A stretch of DNA of 63,688 nucleotides, the filler included, from Octopus bimaculoides (lineage: Eukaryota), in NCBI RefSeq assembly GCF_001194135.2. It is 6 parts of 6 records of this genome, joined end to end, with 100 filler letters (N's around TTAATTAATTAA, not from the genome) between each part and the next. Parts side by side here need not be neighbours in the genome. Positions count along the whole stretch, not along the records: positions 17,892 to 40,327 come from NC_069003.1; 5 more parts are not named here. One strand, given 5' to 3'. Position 1 is the stretch's first letter. Every line of letters begins with the position of its first letter. Both the position numbers and the translations under genes were made by a program. Positions 27,201-39,244 of this stretch are shown here, in pieces. Under the pieces are notes generated by a model that saw only the letters and a list, made by a program, of their open reading frames with translations, made no database searches and had not been told where the DNA came from.

Positions 27201-30200
27201 TTGTATCAAGTGAGTAACGAAAAAGTTTCAACAAAATGTCAACCTTCTCATTTCCTCAAGGCACGCAAACAGATCTGAATGAATTTTACAGGCACAGATA
27301 ACAAGAGTAGCATGTACAGGGTCATTTGACTTGCTAGAAGCAACAGCCACCCCACTCAAACTACATCTGGATGTCTTAAAAAAGAGAAAGAGGTGGAGGA
27401 TACATTGAGTAATATAGTTTTAGATATATAAGACTAAGATGGTTAATACTAACACACCTTCTGCAGATCAAGGATTAAACAACAGAAGACTCCTTTCCAT
27501 TTGCTACACAGGAGGAGCTAAAACTAAGAGAGATAATCCCCATCCCTTCCATCTTTCTGGATAAATGGGAATAATGGTCCTTACTTTGTTTGGATGTATT
27601 TCACCAGATTCTCCACTGGTCACCCCACTGTCTAAACTCTGGTTGCTGCTCACAGACTTTAAATTATCCAAACTTTTGGATTCCACATGAGAATGATCTG
27701 CAACAAAATAAGCAATTAAAATAAATACAATTAAAAAAAGGGAAAAAAGGGGTTGGGACCAGTACCCCCTGACTGGCTCCTGTGCAGGTGACACGTAAAA
27801 AGCACCCACTACACACTCTGTAAAGTGATTGGTGTTAGGAAGGGCATCCAGCTGTAAAAACCATGCCAAAGCAGACATTGGAGCCCAGTGCAGCCGCTGG
27901 CTCTCCAGACCTCAGTCAAAATGTTCAACCCATGCCAGCATGGAAAACGGATATTAATTGATGATGATCAGTGCTGAATAAACAAAACTATTGAGGTCAA
28001 AGGCATTCCACCTGTGACCACCCACGACTACATTACCATACATTTTTGTGTTTGTTTATTTCATTTTGAGACTGTGTGGTATCAGGCAAAAATAATCATT
28101 ATTTGGTTTCAGATTTTTACATTGTAACTTTAAAGTTCAAATCTTGGCTGGGCTAACTTTGCATTTCATCTTTCATAGACTGAGAAAATAAAGTAGTAGT
28201 CAAGAACTGGAAATGAAGGAATTGACCGATTCTGACACATTCCTAGCTTTTTTGTGCAAGTGACTACAGCCAAGAATCCTGAATGGATCTTAATGTTGCT
28301 TGCGCTTTAAGCGTGGATGAACATATAAACCATAATATCAACAATATTCCTCTGAAGAACAAAGATTGCCAGCATTTCTAACTTTGAAAGACAATAGTGT
28401 CACAATGCAGTATTTAAGCATCGCTGCTATTTTTAGCAGAATGACAGGTTGTGTAGGGCATCTCCAAGAAATTCTTGATTACCAGTTAGTAGTTGCTTTG
28501 TTGTTGAAGTCAGTCATGAGCTAAAAATACAGGGGTCAATCTGGTACTTATTTTATTGAAGCTAGATTGAACAAGAACAAAATGCTGCTAAATCCTTGGC
28601 CCAGTGTGCCAAGGGTTCAGCCAGCTTGCCGTCTATAACAACAACAACAACAATAAAAATAATACAAACGCAAGTCATAAAGACTGCGAACAGAACGCAG
28701 TTTCTCTAGGTTGGCTTTGTAACGTCTCTTGGCATACAGATGTTTGTGTTGTTTCAGTAGTACATCTCTGGCTCTCTCTCTCTCGTTGCTTTTTGTCATG
28801 CCAGAATGTTGCTGCCAAGTAGTGATGACTTGATCTAAAGAAAATATTTGAGAAAAACATTTCATTAAGAACAGGGATTACAGTAAAGAGGTGGAGGGGT
28901 AACGAGGTGGGGGAAATATAGAGAATATAGAGGAAGAAAGAGAAAAAAAAGAGTGAGAAAAAGAGAGGAGACTAGCCTATACCCGATGAAAAAGAAGAGA
29001 TAAAATAAGGGAGTGGAAATAAAAGAAGGAGCTAGGGAGCAATACCAGAGGAAAAAGGGTTTGTTCTACAAAGAGAAAGAGAGGGTAGAATGAGAAACCA
29101 TTGAGAGTGGTAGAGAGTGGGACATAGGGGATTGACTACTAGAAAGAGAAAGAAAAAAAGAGAAGTCAAGAGAAAGACAAAGTCAGTGAGAGAAACAGTT
29201 GCAAACCTGCTGCCATGAGGAGAAAAATATTTAAAAAAAAAAAGAACATTAATCCTCTGGGATCTACTTTTTAAAAGATATTCCATATAATGCTATAATG
29301 TATCTAGCAATCTACTGCTGGAGACTGGTACTTTATTTGGTCCCAGAAGGACGAAAAGTAAAGTTGCCTTCAGTGAGCCCTCTTAATAATAATTTCTAAT
29401 GTAGGTGCAAGGCTAGGAATTTGAAAGCTGGTTAAGTTCATTCAATTAAATTGACCCCTTGTACTTGGATTAGTATTTAATTTGGCAAATCAAGATGATG
29501 AAAAGCAAAGTCAACTGCACTGGGACTTGAAGTCAGAAAGCAAAACGCTGCACAACCAATAAAACAGATCTCTTTATACAGTCGCTAGATCTGCTAAAAA
29601 TAATAGCTACATACTCCTTATCAAACCTCACTGTCTTAAACAAGGGAAGATACATTGGGTGATATATAATATTAGATAACCCCCAACAAGAGTAGCTCAT
29701 AGCCATAATTCATTTGATTAGTTTATTTGGGCTTAAATAATAAAAAAAAAAACAACAGTAGAAAACCATTCTACCAAAACTCCTGCCCACAACTCTCTAA
29801 TGGTAATCACTGATAATGGTTATCTTCAGGTGTAATCTACTCTCTGCATATTGAATACCATGGATAACTAATGGTATCTATGGTTAATTTCAAGTGCGTA
29901 CATAGGCGGGGGGGGGGGGCTCCAGTCTCTTCTATAGGGACAGGTCAGCCACAGTGAGATTTGAACTCAGAACAACAAATACCATATGTCTGGAACTCTT
30001 CCAGTCCACTGGCCTAAATTAGCACTTCATTTTGATGGACTGTAGATAGATGAAAGGCAAAACTTGACCACAGCAGGATTTGAAGATGCAGGACATCCAG
30101 TGTCCTAACACTTCTTGCAATTTGCTGCTTTAAATAACAAAAATGCTTTAAAATACTTAGGAAAAGTCATACATTTTATGGTGAAAGGAAAGTTGTTGAA

Positions 30201-33200
30201 TTAGTGACCAACAGAAATACATGTCTAGTATTTATAGAGGTCACAGAAGTGACAGTATTGACTAGCACCACATTTGCTAAAAATAAGAGTTAAACAACTT
30301 AAAAAGCCACAAAAGTACTGCCTTAATGACTGAGAAAGGAAGGTAAAGCAGTAGTAGTCAGTACCTTCTGTCACATTTGTGACTTCTATTAATCTTGCCT
30401 TGAGGTTCTAATTGTTAATAAGCCACCTTTTTTAAAATTGTTGTCTAGTATTCAAGTATTTTATCCGTACAAGAAAGTGCAAAGCTATAATATCCCTTGG
30501 CATAATCTTCATTGGATTTGAAAACGGTACTTTTAGCTTTAAAAATACACAAGACATTTTGTCAAACACACCACTATACTGTTTCACGTACTATTCAAAC
30601 CAAGAGCACACAAACCAACAAGACTGTATGTACAGTTTTTGATTTGCTAGAAATGACAGCCATACCTTCAAATTACACCTCATCTTAGAAAAGAACAGGT
30701 AAACCATACAGAAGAAGCAACTTGTGTCTTACCAATCACAGAAGAAATGTCACTGGCATCTATATCCAAAAGGACAGCACCATCTATGATACTTTTCTTC
30801 AGACTGAACAATGCATGCATTGACAGAGATGCTACATGAGGTTTTGACCAGCGCTCACCACCATCTTCCACATCTTCTTCATATTTCACCCATCTGAAAA
30901 TTAAATTAATATTAATGGTAATAAATAATTATTGATTTCTTACATATAAATATTTCTGCCATAAAAATGACAAATGAGATACAATGAGGACAATAATTTC
31001 TTTTATTGGTCAAAAGCACCTAATTTGTTGGGGTCAATACAAAGGTAAAACATCAGAAAAACAACAGAGATAATGAAGCATTTGCAGCAGACGAAAGGCT
31101 GACAATAACAATAAAGTCCCATTAAAAGAAGAGCAGGAAAGGAATCCCTGAAATAGATGAGTAACTTTAAAGGAAGATTCATAGCAGCCAACATACAATC
31201 TCAGGATTAGCCTGGTACAAGAAAAGTAAAAGCCTTTTCCAAGACTATTGCAGTACAGTTAGTGTGGGCTTTTATAGCACTGCTAATTTCTCCACTTGCA
31301 ACCGAAACAAACAACAGTTTCTGAATCATAGGAAACAAAAAGTTTATATTATGAATATAACAACCCACTCAATCACAAACATGTCTGCCTGATTCCTCCA
31401 TCTCTGACTTCTGAAACCCTCTTCTAGTGATTGGGGACGATTGTCTCCTTTCAAACAATAACACTTCCCCCACTCCCGCCATTTCTTCTTCTGTATTTAT
31501 TTTCACTATTTCCAACTGGAAAAGATAAAGAAAGACTAACTTTAGTAATTATATTCCTTAGGCTCTGATATAAACACAAGAATCTTAAAGTATGGTACCC
31601 AGCTTTTTTTTGGTTTTATCTAGGTATCAGCAAACTGATCATTTGTAAGAATCCATAAAATCTTTGCAATTTCCTTTCTGCTCATCATTCTTCTCACAAT
31701 GGCCATATCTATTCAAAGTCTTTTGTCTGTAATTTGTCTCATTGAATGTACTGCTGCACAGATGCAGAAATAGTCTGTTTTCCAATATGACTCCAGTGAG
31801 AACTGAATCACAAATCTGGCTTCAGTCTTCTTGATTCAGATACACAGTTCACAACAATTATGAAGTTCCCATAAAATCTTCATAAACCCAACTTCTTTTA
31901 TTTCTAAATTTTTAACTAATCACAGAACATTTTACTACTGATTTGGCTGATTCGCCTATGTTTCTTCTTGTGATTTTTATATTATCAAATCTGCTTTTTA
32001 TGGTAATTCTTTAATGAATAATATTTCCAGTTTGGTTTCAGATTCCTGTATGTTTTCATTATAAGCAGCATCCAACTCAGCTGTGTGTTGGAATCTGATG
32101 AAGCATTGGCTGCATGTCTGTGCATAATTATTTTTAGCCACTTTGGACATAGCAGACCATGTTAGTTCACCCACTATAGATTTAATTATTTGCTAATTCT
32201 GTAGCAATAGATTTATATCTTCAATGCTCTGCATGGAAGTTTGGATTCCAGCAAAATTATTTTCTGGTCTCTAAGTCTTGTAAGACAAACTGACTGGAAT
32301 AGTCAGTCACTGTAATATCCTTCAGTAGCTGATATTTTTCAAATGATTCATGCACAGTAAATGTTGATTGGTTGGAATCCTCTAAAACAAAGTGTATCCA
32401 ATTTCTGGTAAAGCTGTTGCATTCTTTCATCAGCATTTAAAGTGGCAGTATCCATTTCTAGCAGAGCCCCTTTTCGTTTTTCCTTCAAGCATCCTAATGT
32501 GGACAGTGGAAGATCATCTTTTAAGTAATAAACTGATTGTCAATTCCCATATCTGCATTTTCTTTTTGTCGTGGTTCTAATTTTTTGAACTTAAAGATGG
32601 AGCCGGTAATTTTGAAGCCTTTGTGTATCCACTAACTCTCACTCTGTTATTAATGATAAATAACAAATGACAGCACATTCAGACATAGAGGAACCAAAAA
32701 TCTTTATATATATATATATACTCTTACATCCACCTTCCCCTTCTCCCTCCTCGTCAACACCCCCTCATAAGCTCATCCCACCACACCCCAACACACTCCT
32801 ACTCTACCTTCCCACTCCACCCCATCCAATTCCTTACACCCACCACCCACCCCTACCCACATACCCCATCTTACCTACAGACCCCTACCTCTACCCCACA
32901 CTCCACCCATGCCTTCCCCNNNNNNNNNNNNNNNNNNNNNNNNNNNNNNNNNNNNNNNNNNNNNNNNNNNNNNNNNNNNNNNNNNNNNNNNNNNNNNNNN
33001 NNNNNNNNNNNNNNNNNNNNNNNNNNNNNNNNNNNNNNNNNNNNNNNNNNNNNNNNNNNNNNNNNNNNNNNNNNNNNNNNNNNNNNNNNNNNNNNNNNNN
33101 NNNNNNNNNNNNNNNNNNNNNNNNNNNNNNNNNNNNNNNNNNNNNNNNNNNNNNNNNNNNNNNNNNNNNNNNNNNNNNNNNNNNNNNNNNNNNNNNNNNN

Positions 33201-33463
33201 NNNNNNNNNNNNAACTTCCGGTCAGCCATTGTTATGATCGGCCATTATTATGATTGACCGTTGACTGAACACTATTCAATTTTTTTTCTCCGTGTTTTTC
33301 TCCTTGTCTCCGTATTCTTTCTGTTGAAGAGCGTAGCTCGAAACGTCAAAGACTTTCCGTATTCCCGAGCGTCATACTAATATATACTTTTGTTATTTAC
33401 ACCACCTGTCCTCGTCTGTTGTTATTTTATGTATATTCTCCCATATATATATGTATATATATG

Positions 33464-33508
<45 letters not shown>

Positions 33509-35769
33509 CATATTGTTATGTTAATGCGTAACAAACAGCTCAACAATAAACCAATAAACATGTCCACTTACAAATCTGTTTCCTCTGCCCTAACTAGTCA
33601 CACCCTCTTCCAGTGATTGGAGATGATTGTCTCCCATTAAAGGACATGTTATCTCTCTTCAGCTGTTAACAACCAGTACTTAACAAAAGAGCAAACGAGG
33701 GATTCCTAAAAACAGTGGAGTAACCTTATTGAGTGGTTTAGGGCAGCCCAAACACAATTCCACAATAAAAGCAAATGCCTTCTCTTAGTTTACATCTATT
33801 TATTTATTAGTGTGCCCCTATTTAATCACATCCATTTCATCACTTGCACCCAGCTGTTCTACCTTAATCTTTCTCCTCAAGCAGTCTTTGAAGTTGAAAG
33901 TTTGTGTTGAGAGGAAAAGCTCTGTCATCAAACCTAACCATGTTGAGAATACATCTTTTTTCTTACCATCATCGTCAGACAAGAAGACTAGCCACTTGGT
34001 GATAGTTTGCTCTTGATAAACTCAGCTGATAGCCAGATAGGTTCCACGTACAGTCTTTCACCAGACAGAAGAGAATTACCTGTCCATCTGACTCAAATGA
34101 AGACAGTGAGATGATCCTCGTGATGAACATGGCTAACAGTGGGCTCTGTCCTTCACAAGGCATTGGCCATTCAACAGAATGCACAAATCTTTAATCATTA
34201 TTTCTAAGTTTTCATGCACCCTTCTAAAGTAATGGTGACCAGCATTGCTGCTACTTTATCGTAAGTAGTGCAGATGGTTAGCATATATGCTGTTACCTGA
34301 ATTTGAATTGTTAATACTTAAATTTGCACATCATCAGTTAGGTTTCTATTTTTGCTAGTAAATAATGTATGTTGTCTCTCACATTTCACCTTTTATTGGC
34401 ATGTAAACCACACATCCTGTTCCTTTTCAAAATATACACCTATAGCAGTAATATTGGCAGAGTCCCAAACACCAACCCACCCTCTAGAAACTGGACTTGA
34501 AATCGTTGTGTTCATATGTGAATGTAATTGTAAAGACTCAAACAAGATTTTTTTCAGGGATGGATGACAGCAAGTTGCTAGCTATTCAAGTCTCTGATAA
34601 ATACATTAAGAACTTGTTTTTTATCAGCTTCTGGCCTGGCCATTGCAATGCAGCAGACTCAACAGGCGCTTAACTCATTAGAAACCCATTGTTTACAACA
34701 ACAAAATGAAACTATTTTGGAAATAAACAACACGTCAAAATGTCGTTAATAATTTTGTCCTTGGTGCCTTTTCTTTGACAGGTCATTAGATATGAATAAA
34801 TTGTTTGTCTGGTAACTGACCAGTGGTCATAACAAAGCTAAAGCCAATTGCACCCCTCTCTTTGGCTATGAAATTCAATGGTTACTATGATCCACTAACA
34901 CGTCTTGTATGGAGACACACAAACTGATTCACTCGGTGTATTTTTCTTCTGTATCATCATCACAATGACACTTTATTTCAGAAATGAATAGTTTTGCATT
35001 TGGACTTCACACATACTTTTGTTGTTCTGTCAACCAACCAAATATGTTTTATTACACATTGTTCAAATCTTTGATCAGAAATCAGTTCAATGAGCACCAA
35101 CTTGGATCTAAGTAACAAGTATACCAAAATATAACACAGCAAAGTACATATTAGACAGTGGGGTTAAAGCAACACATGTAGACTATCACATGATACCATG
35201 CCCCAAATGGTAGATCAGTGCATGATTGAGCCAAGTTTACAGTATGGATACACTGAGTCTCAAATATCACATCTGGAGATCACACAGCTGTCTTACGGCT
35301 ACACACCATGCTAAAGACCTGAACTAGAGCTGAAGAAGGTTGATGAAAGTCAAAAATCCCCAAAGAAAATAAAAAAATATGTTCAATATAAGTCCCACTT
35401 TTACAAGACAGAATAAGGATTATGTCTTGAGGTATTATTAGTAAGTGATGTGAAATGGCTCCAGCTAAGAATAAATATCACATAGTGAGAACTCATTTTC
35501 TTGTTACTGAATCACTCTGGTCAACAAGATTNNNNNNNNNNGGGGGGGGGGAGAGAAAACGAAAATTGAAAACCAGAAAACAAAAGTAGATGCAAGTATT
35601 TATGGAACTAGAAAACCGTGATTGAAAAATATTTACCTGGCACTCTCCTTCCATTCAATAGCTTCCCCTTCTCTGTGTAGAACATCCATTTCACAGAAAA
35701 TATGGTGAGCTTGATGCTCTTCATCATTGACATTGTGCATCAATTGCTGGATTACTTCAGAAACATTAT
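18900..35769 (-). CDS. SLC4: SLC4 bicarbonate transporter, Na+-coupled (NBC/NDCBE-like); partial gene of 9 internal exons
   Basis: Nine AG/GT-bounded exons splice in frame. They give the family motifs [92 protein letters not shown] and [18 protein letters not shown]. Paralogue not assignable by eye. Confidence 0.95.
19155..19329 (-). CDS. SLC4: SLC4 exon (TM1): [59 protein letters not shown]
   Basis: Acceptor TTTGTAG, donor GTATAT; 175 nt, phase 2 to 0. Confidence 0.95.
19400..20450 (-). mobile_element. CR1/L2-like LINE relic (ORF1 end and AP endonuclease)
   Basis: [22 protein letters not shown]...[14 protein letters not shown] (ORF 20024-20236) and downstream [14 protein letters not shown] at about 19775-19825. 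Confidence 0.72.
20460..21120 (-). mobile_element. RTE LINE 3' end
   Basis: [23 protein letters not shown] plus 3' UTR subrepeats. Confidence 0.85.
22060..22151 (-). CDS. SLC4: SLC4 exon: [30 protein letters not shown](R)
   Basis: Acceptor ACACAG, donor GTGAGT; 92 nt, phase 0 to 2. Ends in the LxRTGR-like motif that precedes the membrane domain. Confidence 0.9.
22170..22925 (+). repeat. Three tandem copies of the (AAT)n-associated SINE
   Basis: Repeated AAAGGCAAAGTCGACC...GGAATTTGAACTC..GAA...CTAAGCATT...CTGCCAGCTC units separated by (AAT)n. Confidence 0.85.
23100..23330 (+). repeat. RTE-tail copy
   Basis: Family signature with (GAT)n tail. Confidence 0.85.
24638..24784 (-). CDS. SLC4: SLC4 exon: [49 protein letters not shown]
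   Basis: Acceptor ATTATAG, donor GTATGA; 147 nt, phase 0 to 0. Confidence 0.95.
25390..25790 (+). mobile_element. RTE LINE internal fragment
   Basis: Encodes [10 protein letters not shown]..., [35 protein letters not shown]; homologous to 17560-17750. Confidence 0.85.
26041..26286 (-). CDS. SLC4: SLC4 exon: [82 protein letters not shown]
   Basis: Acceptor ATTTTAG, donor GTATTC; 246 nt, phase 0 to 0. Confidence 0.95.
27585..27697 (-). CDS. SLC4: SLC4 exon (variable loop): [37 protein letters not shown]
   Basis: Acceptor TTGTTGCAG, donor GTAAGG; 113 nt, phase 1 to 0. Exactly bridges the phases of the flanking conserved exons. Confidence 0.82.
27762..27970 (+). repeat. RTE-tail copy 60 bp upstream of an SLC4 acceptor
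   Basis: Family signature with (GAT)n tail. Confidence 0.8.
28670..28834 (-). CDS. SLC4: SLC4 exon: [55 protein letters not shown]
   Basis: Acceptor TTCTTTAG, weaker donor GTTTGT; 165 nt, phase 1 to 1. LLKQHKH...RSL matches SLC4 LLRKHRH...RSLAD. Confidence 0.85.
30733..30893 (-). CDS. SLC4: SLC4 exon: [54 protein letters not shown]
   Basis: Acceptor TTTTCAG, donor GTAAGA; 161 nt, phase 2 to 1. Confidence 0.95.
31230..32560 (-). mobile_element. Highly decayed LTR-retrotransposon gag/protease relic (Copia-like)
   Basis: [43 protein letters not shown] and [13 protein letters not shown] resemble marine-invertebrate Copia-type gag; many stops. Confidence 0.5.
32721..33442 (+). mobile_element. 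Non-coding, Penelope/retrozyme-like element inserted in (TA)n, carrying a minimal hammerhead-like motif
   Basis: TA-flanked, with a C-rich 5' part repeated at 63591-63688, an internal gap, and TCTTT-CTGTTGA-AGAGCGTAGCTC-GAAAC-GTC-AAAGA at 33316-33352. Confidence 0.55.
35637..35769 (-). CDS. SLC4: SLC4 exon (first visible): [44 protein letters not shown]
   Basis: Acceptor CTTTAAG, donor GTAAAT; 133 nt, phase 1 to 2; matches the SLC4 HxxFxExDxL...EWKExARW motif. Confidence 0.92.
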
Positions 35770-36589
35770 CTTAAAGTAAGACAAAGGAAACAGAAAATTA
35801 AAAGTTGGGAATGGTGAGTGATGAGTAAAGTTTTGCTCAACTGGTTGAAATAATTGCAACAAAGTGTGCTTAGCAAAATATGCACTCAAGGGTCAGGTTG
35901 TAGTAGTAGTATGAAACCAGGTAAAGACTGGATTTGAACTCAGAACTGGAACAAATAGGGCAAGGCATTCCATCTAAGATATTCACAATTCTACGAATCC
36001 ACAACAGCCAGCTGTTAACTTGTACAAGTCAAAGAGCCAACACAGAACCACATATTCAGCATGAACGACCCAACACAGTAGCAGTCACAAGACATAAGCA
36101 GACATGACCAATACACACACAGATACAAAACATGCCCAGTTCTACCTCATCACATCAACACAGCATTTCTCCTGTTTGTCTTTTTACTTCGCCAACTTGA
36201 AGCAAGTTGGTAATGTCATGTAGCAGGTTTTCTGTAAATGCAAGTGTCAATTAAATAAATTATTTAAACCATAATCTGATGCTTTCCCATTGTTTGACCT
36301 TAATGTTGTCCACATGCCTATTTCATCTGCTACCCCAACAACATCTTTTGCTATACATCCTGCAACACCTATATAAATGTGAGTTGTCTGTTTGTATCAA
36401 GTTGCTGTCTACACTTGTTAACGAATTTTTGTGAAACTTTGCACACTAGTTAAAGTAACATCCAGTTTATTACTAGACTCATTGAAGTTTAATAAAAGTC
36501 TATAATTGGATGTCTAGGGCCCTTAGAAGGGGTCTACATATATAACCCATATATTTTCCTTTAACAATCAAGGGAAATAACCCATTCAT

Positions 36590-37090
36590 TTTCCTTTGAT
36601 CACCCTGCATGGAGCACAAGAAGTGCATCAAATGATTCCCCAGGGAATTTATCCACAAGACATGTATGGGACATGATGGTTACCCACTCTACAGGCACCG
36701 AAAACCAGAAGATAGTGGAAACACTACCAAACTCAAAGTTAATGGTCAAGGGATGGAAATTGACAACAGTTTGATCGGGCCCTAAAACTCATTGCTGTCC
36801 AAAACATTGCAGGCTCATGTCAATGCTGAGTCATGCAACTCTATAAAAAGTATTAAATATATATGTAAATACATCAATAAGGGCACAAATATGGTGGTTT
36901 TGGGACTTGGACAGGAGGGCAGGCAGGCAGATGAAATTCAGCAATATAAGTTGGGCAGGTAGATTTCCATTAACGAGGCAATGTGGCACATCTTGGGCTT
37001 CAAAATCCATGATTGGCATCCAACAGTCGTGAATCTAACTGAACATCTTTAAAACGGCCAATGTATATATTTCACAGAAAACAATGTTTG
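36590..37090 (+). mobile_element. Helitron Rep/helicase fragment
   Basis: SPCMEHKKCIK*FPREF...GHDGYPLYR...IDN...AHVNAESCNSIKSIKYICKYINKG...DEIQQY..GR*IS.NEAMWHILGFKIH...V.NL.EHL*NGQCIYFTE; several stops. Confidence 0.88.
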
Positions 37091-37099
37091 AAATGTAGT

Positions 37100-37556
37100 T
37101 CTGTGACACTTTTTTGCACAGCTATCCTCATCCATTCGTACCACATGACCATACCAGCACAGTCGTCTCTCTTGCACCCCACATCTGATGCTTCTTAGGT
37201 CCAACTTTTCTCTCAGGGTGCTTACACTCTGTCATGTATGCACACTGACATTACACATCCAATGGATCATACTAGCTTCATTCCTTGCAAGCTTACACAT
37301 GTCCTCAGCAGTCACAGCCCATGTTTCACTGCCATGTAGCATGGCTGTTTGCACACATGCGTCATAGTCTACCTTTTACTCTGAGCGAGAGGCCCTTTGT
37401 CACCAGCAAGGGTAGGAGCTCTCTGAACTTTGCCCAGGCTATTCTTATTCTAGCAGCTACACTTTCAGAGCACCCACACCCATTACTAACTTGGTCACCT
37501 CGATAACGGAAGCTATCAACTACTTCTAGTTTTTCTCCCTGGAATGTGGCGATATA
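37100..37556 (-). mobile_element. RTE LINE RT C-terminal fragment
   Basis: Homologous to 16390-16820; abutted on the right by a younger 3'-tail copy (37557-37925). Confidence 0.85.
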
Positions 37557-38419
37557 TATATCATCATCATCCTCATTTAACGTCCGCTTTCCATGCTAGC
37601 ATGGGTTGGACGATTTGACTGAGGACTGGTGAACCGGATGGCTGCACCAGGCTCCAATCTGATCTGGCAGAGTTTCTACATCTGGATGCCCTTCCTAACG
37701 CCAACCACTCCGAGAGTGTAGTGGGTGCTTTCACGTGCTCCCAGCACGAGGGCCAGTCAGGCGGTACTGGCAATGGCCACGCTCAAAATGGTGTATTTTA
37801 CATGCCACTTGCACAGGAACCAGTCCAGGGGCACTGGCAACGACCTCGCTTGAATGATTTTCTAATGCGCCACCGGCACAAGTGCCAGTAAAGTGATGCT
37901 GGTAACGATCATGTTCAAATAGTGCAAATAAAATATATATAATTAGATAAATATATATAATTAAATAAATAAATAATATATATATATTTATAATTCCCTA
38001 TGTAAACACAGTTTCATCTTCCATGCTGTATGTTTAAAAAATAAAAAACAAAAACTTAAGATCCTTTTGCTCGATCCAACAGCTTTTCCCTCTCCAACTC
38101 TTTCACACTCATTTATCACCATCACTTATTCATTCATTCATCTAATTCAGTCACAGTTTGGCTGACCAAAGACTCTTGGCTCTAGTTAAGAATTGCAAAT
38201 GCCCAATTCTATCTCATTATCACCATAATATTCTCCCATATCGACAGCCTGAGTTTTTGCTGTTTCGGATGTCTCTCCCATGAACACTTCTAAAGGCTTA
38301 ATGTTCTCCCACCCCTACTTAGGGTTTATCTCCAATGTAATGTAGTGATCATGTAGCACATAAAAATGATGATGTAGTGTATGCAGGTTGAAGGCTATTG
38401 CATGTTCATGAGTTCTGCC

Positions 38420-39235
38420 AAATGTGAGCTTTCTTTTCAGGTACATGACACTGCTGTCCCCCATCTCAGGGTCTCACACCTCTCATGCCCTCAGGGTTTG
38501 CACACTTAATGTCGGCTCACTGAAAGGTAGGTCTGGTGAGATTGTTTAGATGCTTGAATGGAGACGTGTAGATTTGTGCTTAAGCATCAGAGGTGGTGTG
38601 CAAGAGAGATGACTGGGCTGGTATTGTCATGTGTTGTGAATGGATGAGGACAGCTGTGCAAAAAGTGTTACACCCTAGCAGCAGCGGGAACCTGTGGAAG
38701 AGGTAGACCCAGGAAGACATGGGATGAGGTGGTGAAGCATGACCTTCAAACACTGGGCCTCACCAAAGCAATGACAAGTGCCCGAGACCTTTGGAGATAT
38801 GCTGTGCTTAAGAAGACCTGGCAACCCAAGTGAGACCAGAACGTGGCCTATGCCAGTGCAGCATAACCGGCCCATTTAAGAGGACCCTTCAATCACTGGG
38901 CAATAAACTGTGCTTGCAAAGACCTGTTGAGGCCAGTGAAATCTTTGTGACCGATTACAGTACCACTTGATTGATACCCATGCCAGTGGCACGTAAAAAG
39001 CTCCATTCGAGCATGATCATTGCCAGTGCCACCTAACTGGCTCCTGTGCTGGTGGCACGTAAAAAGTACCCACTCCATTCTCGGAGTGGCTGATGTTAGG
39101 AAGGGCGTCCAGCTGTAGAAGCTTTGCCAGATCAGACTGGAGCATGGTGCAGCCTTCTTGCTCGCCAGCCCTCAGTCAAACTGTCCAACCCATGCCGGCA
39201 TGGAAAGCGGACATTAAACGATGATGATGATGATT
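38420..39235 (+). mobile_element. RTE LINE 3' end with 3' UTR and (GAT)n tail
   Basis: [17 protein letters not shown] at about 38700-38750; ends GGACATTAAACGATGATGATG. Confidence 0.85.
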
Positions 39236-39244
39236 TATATATAT

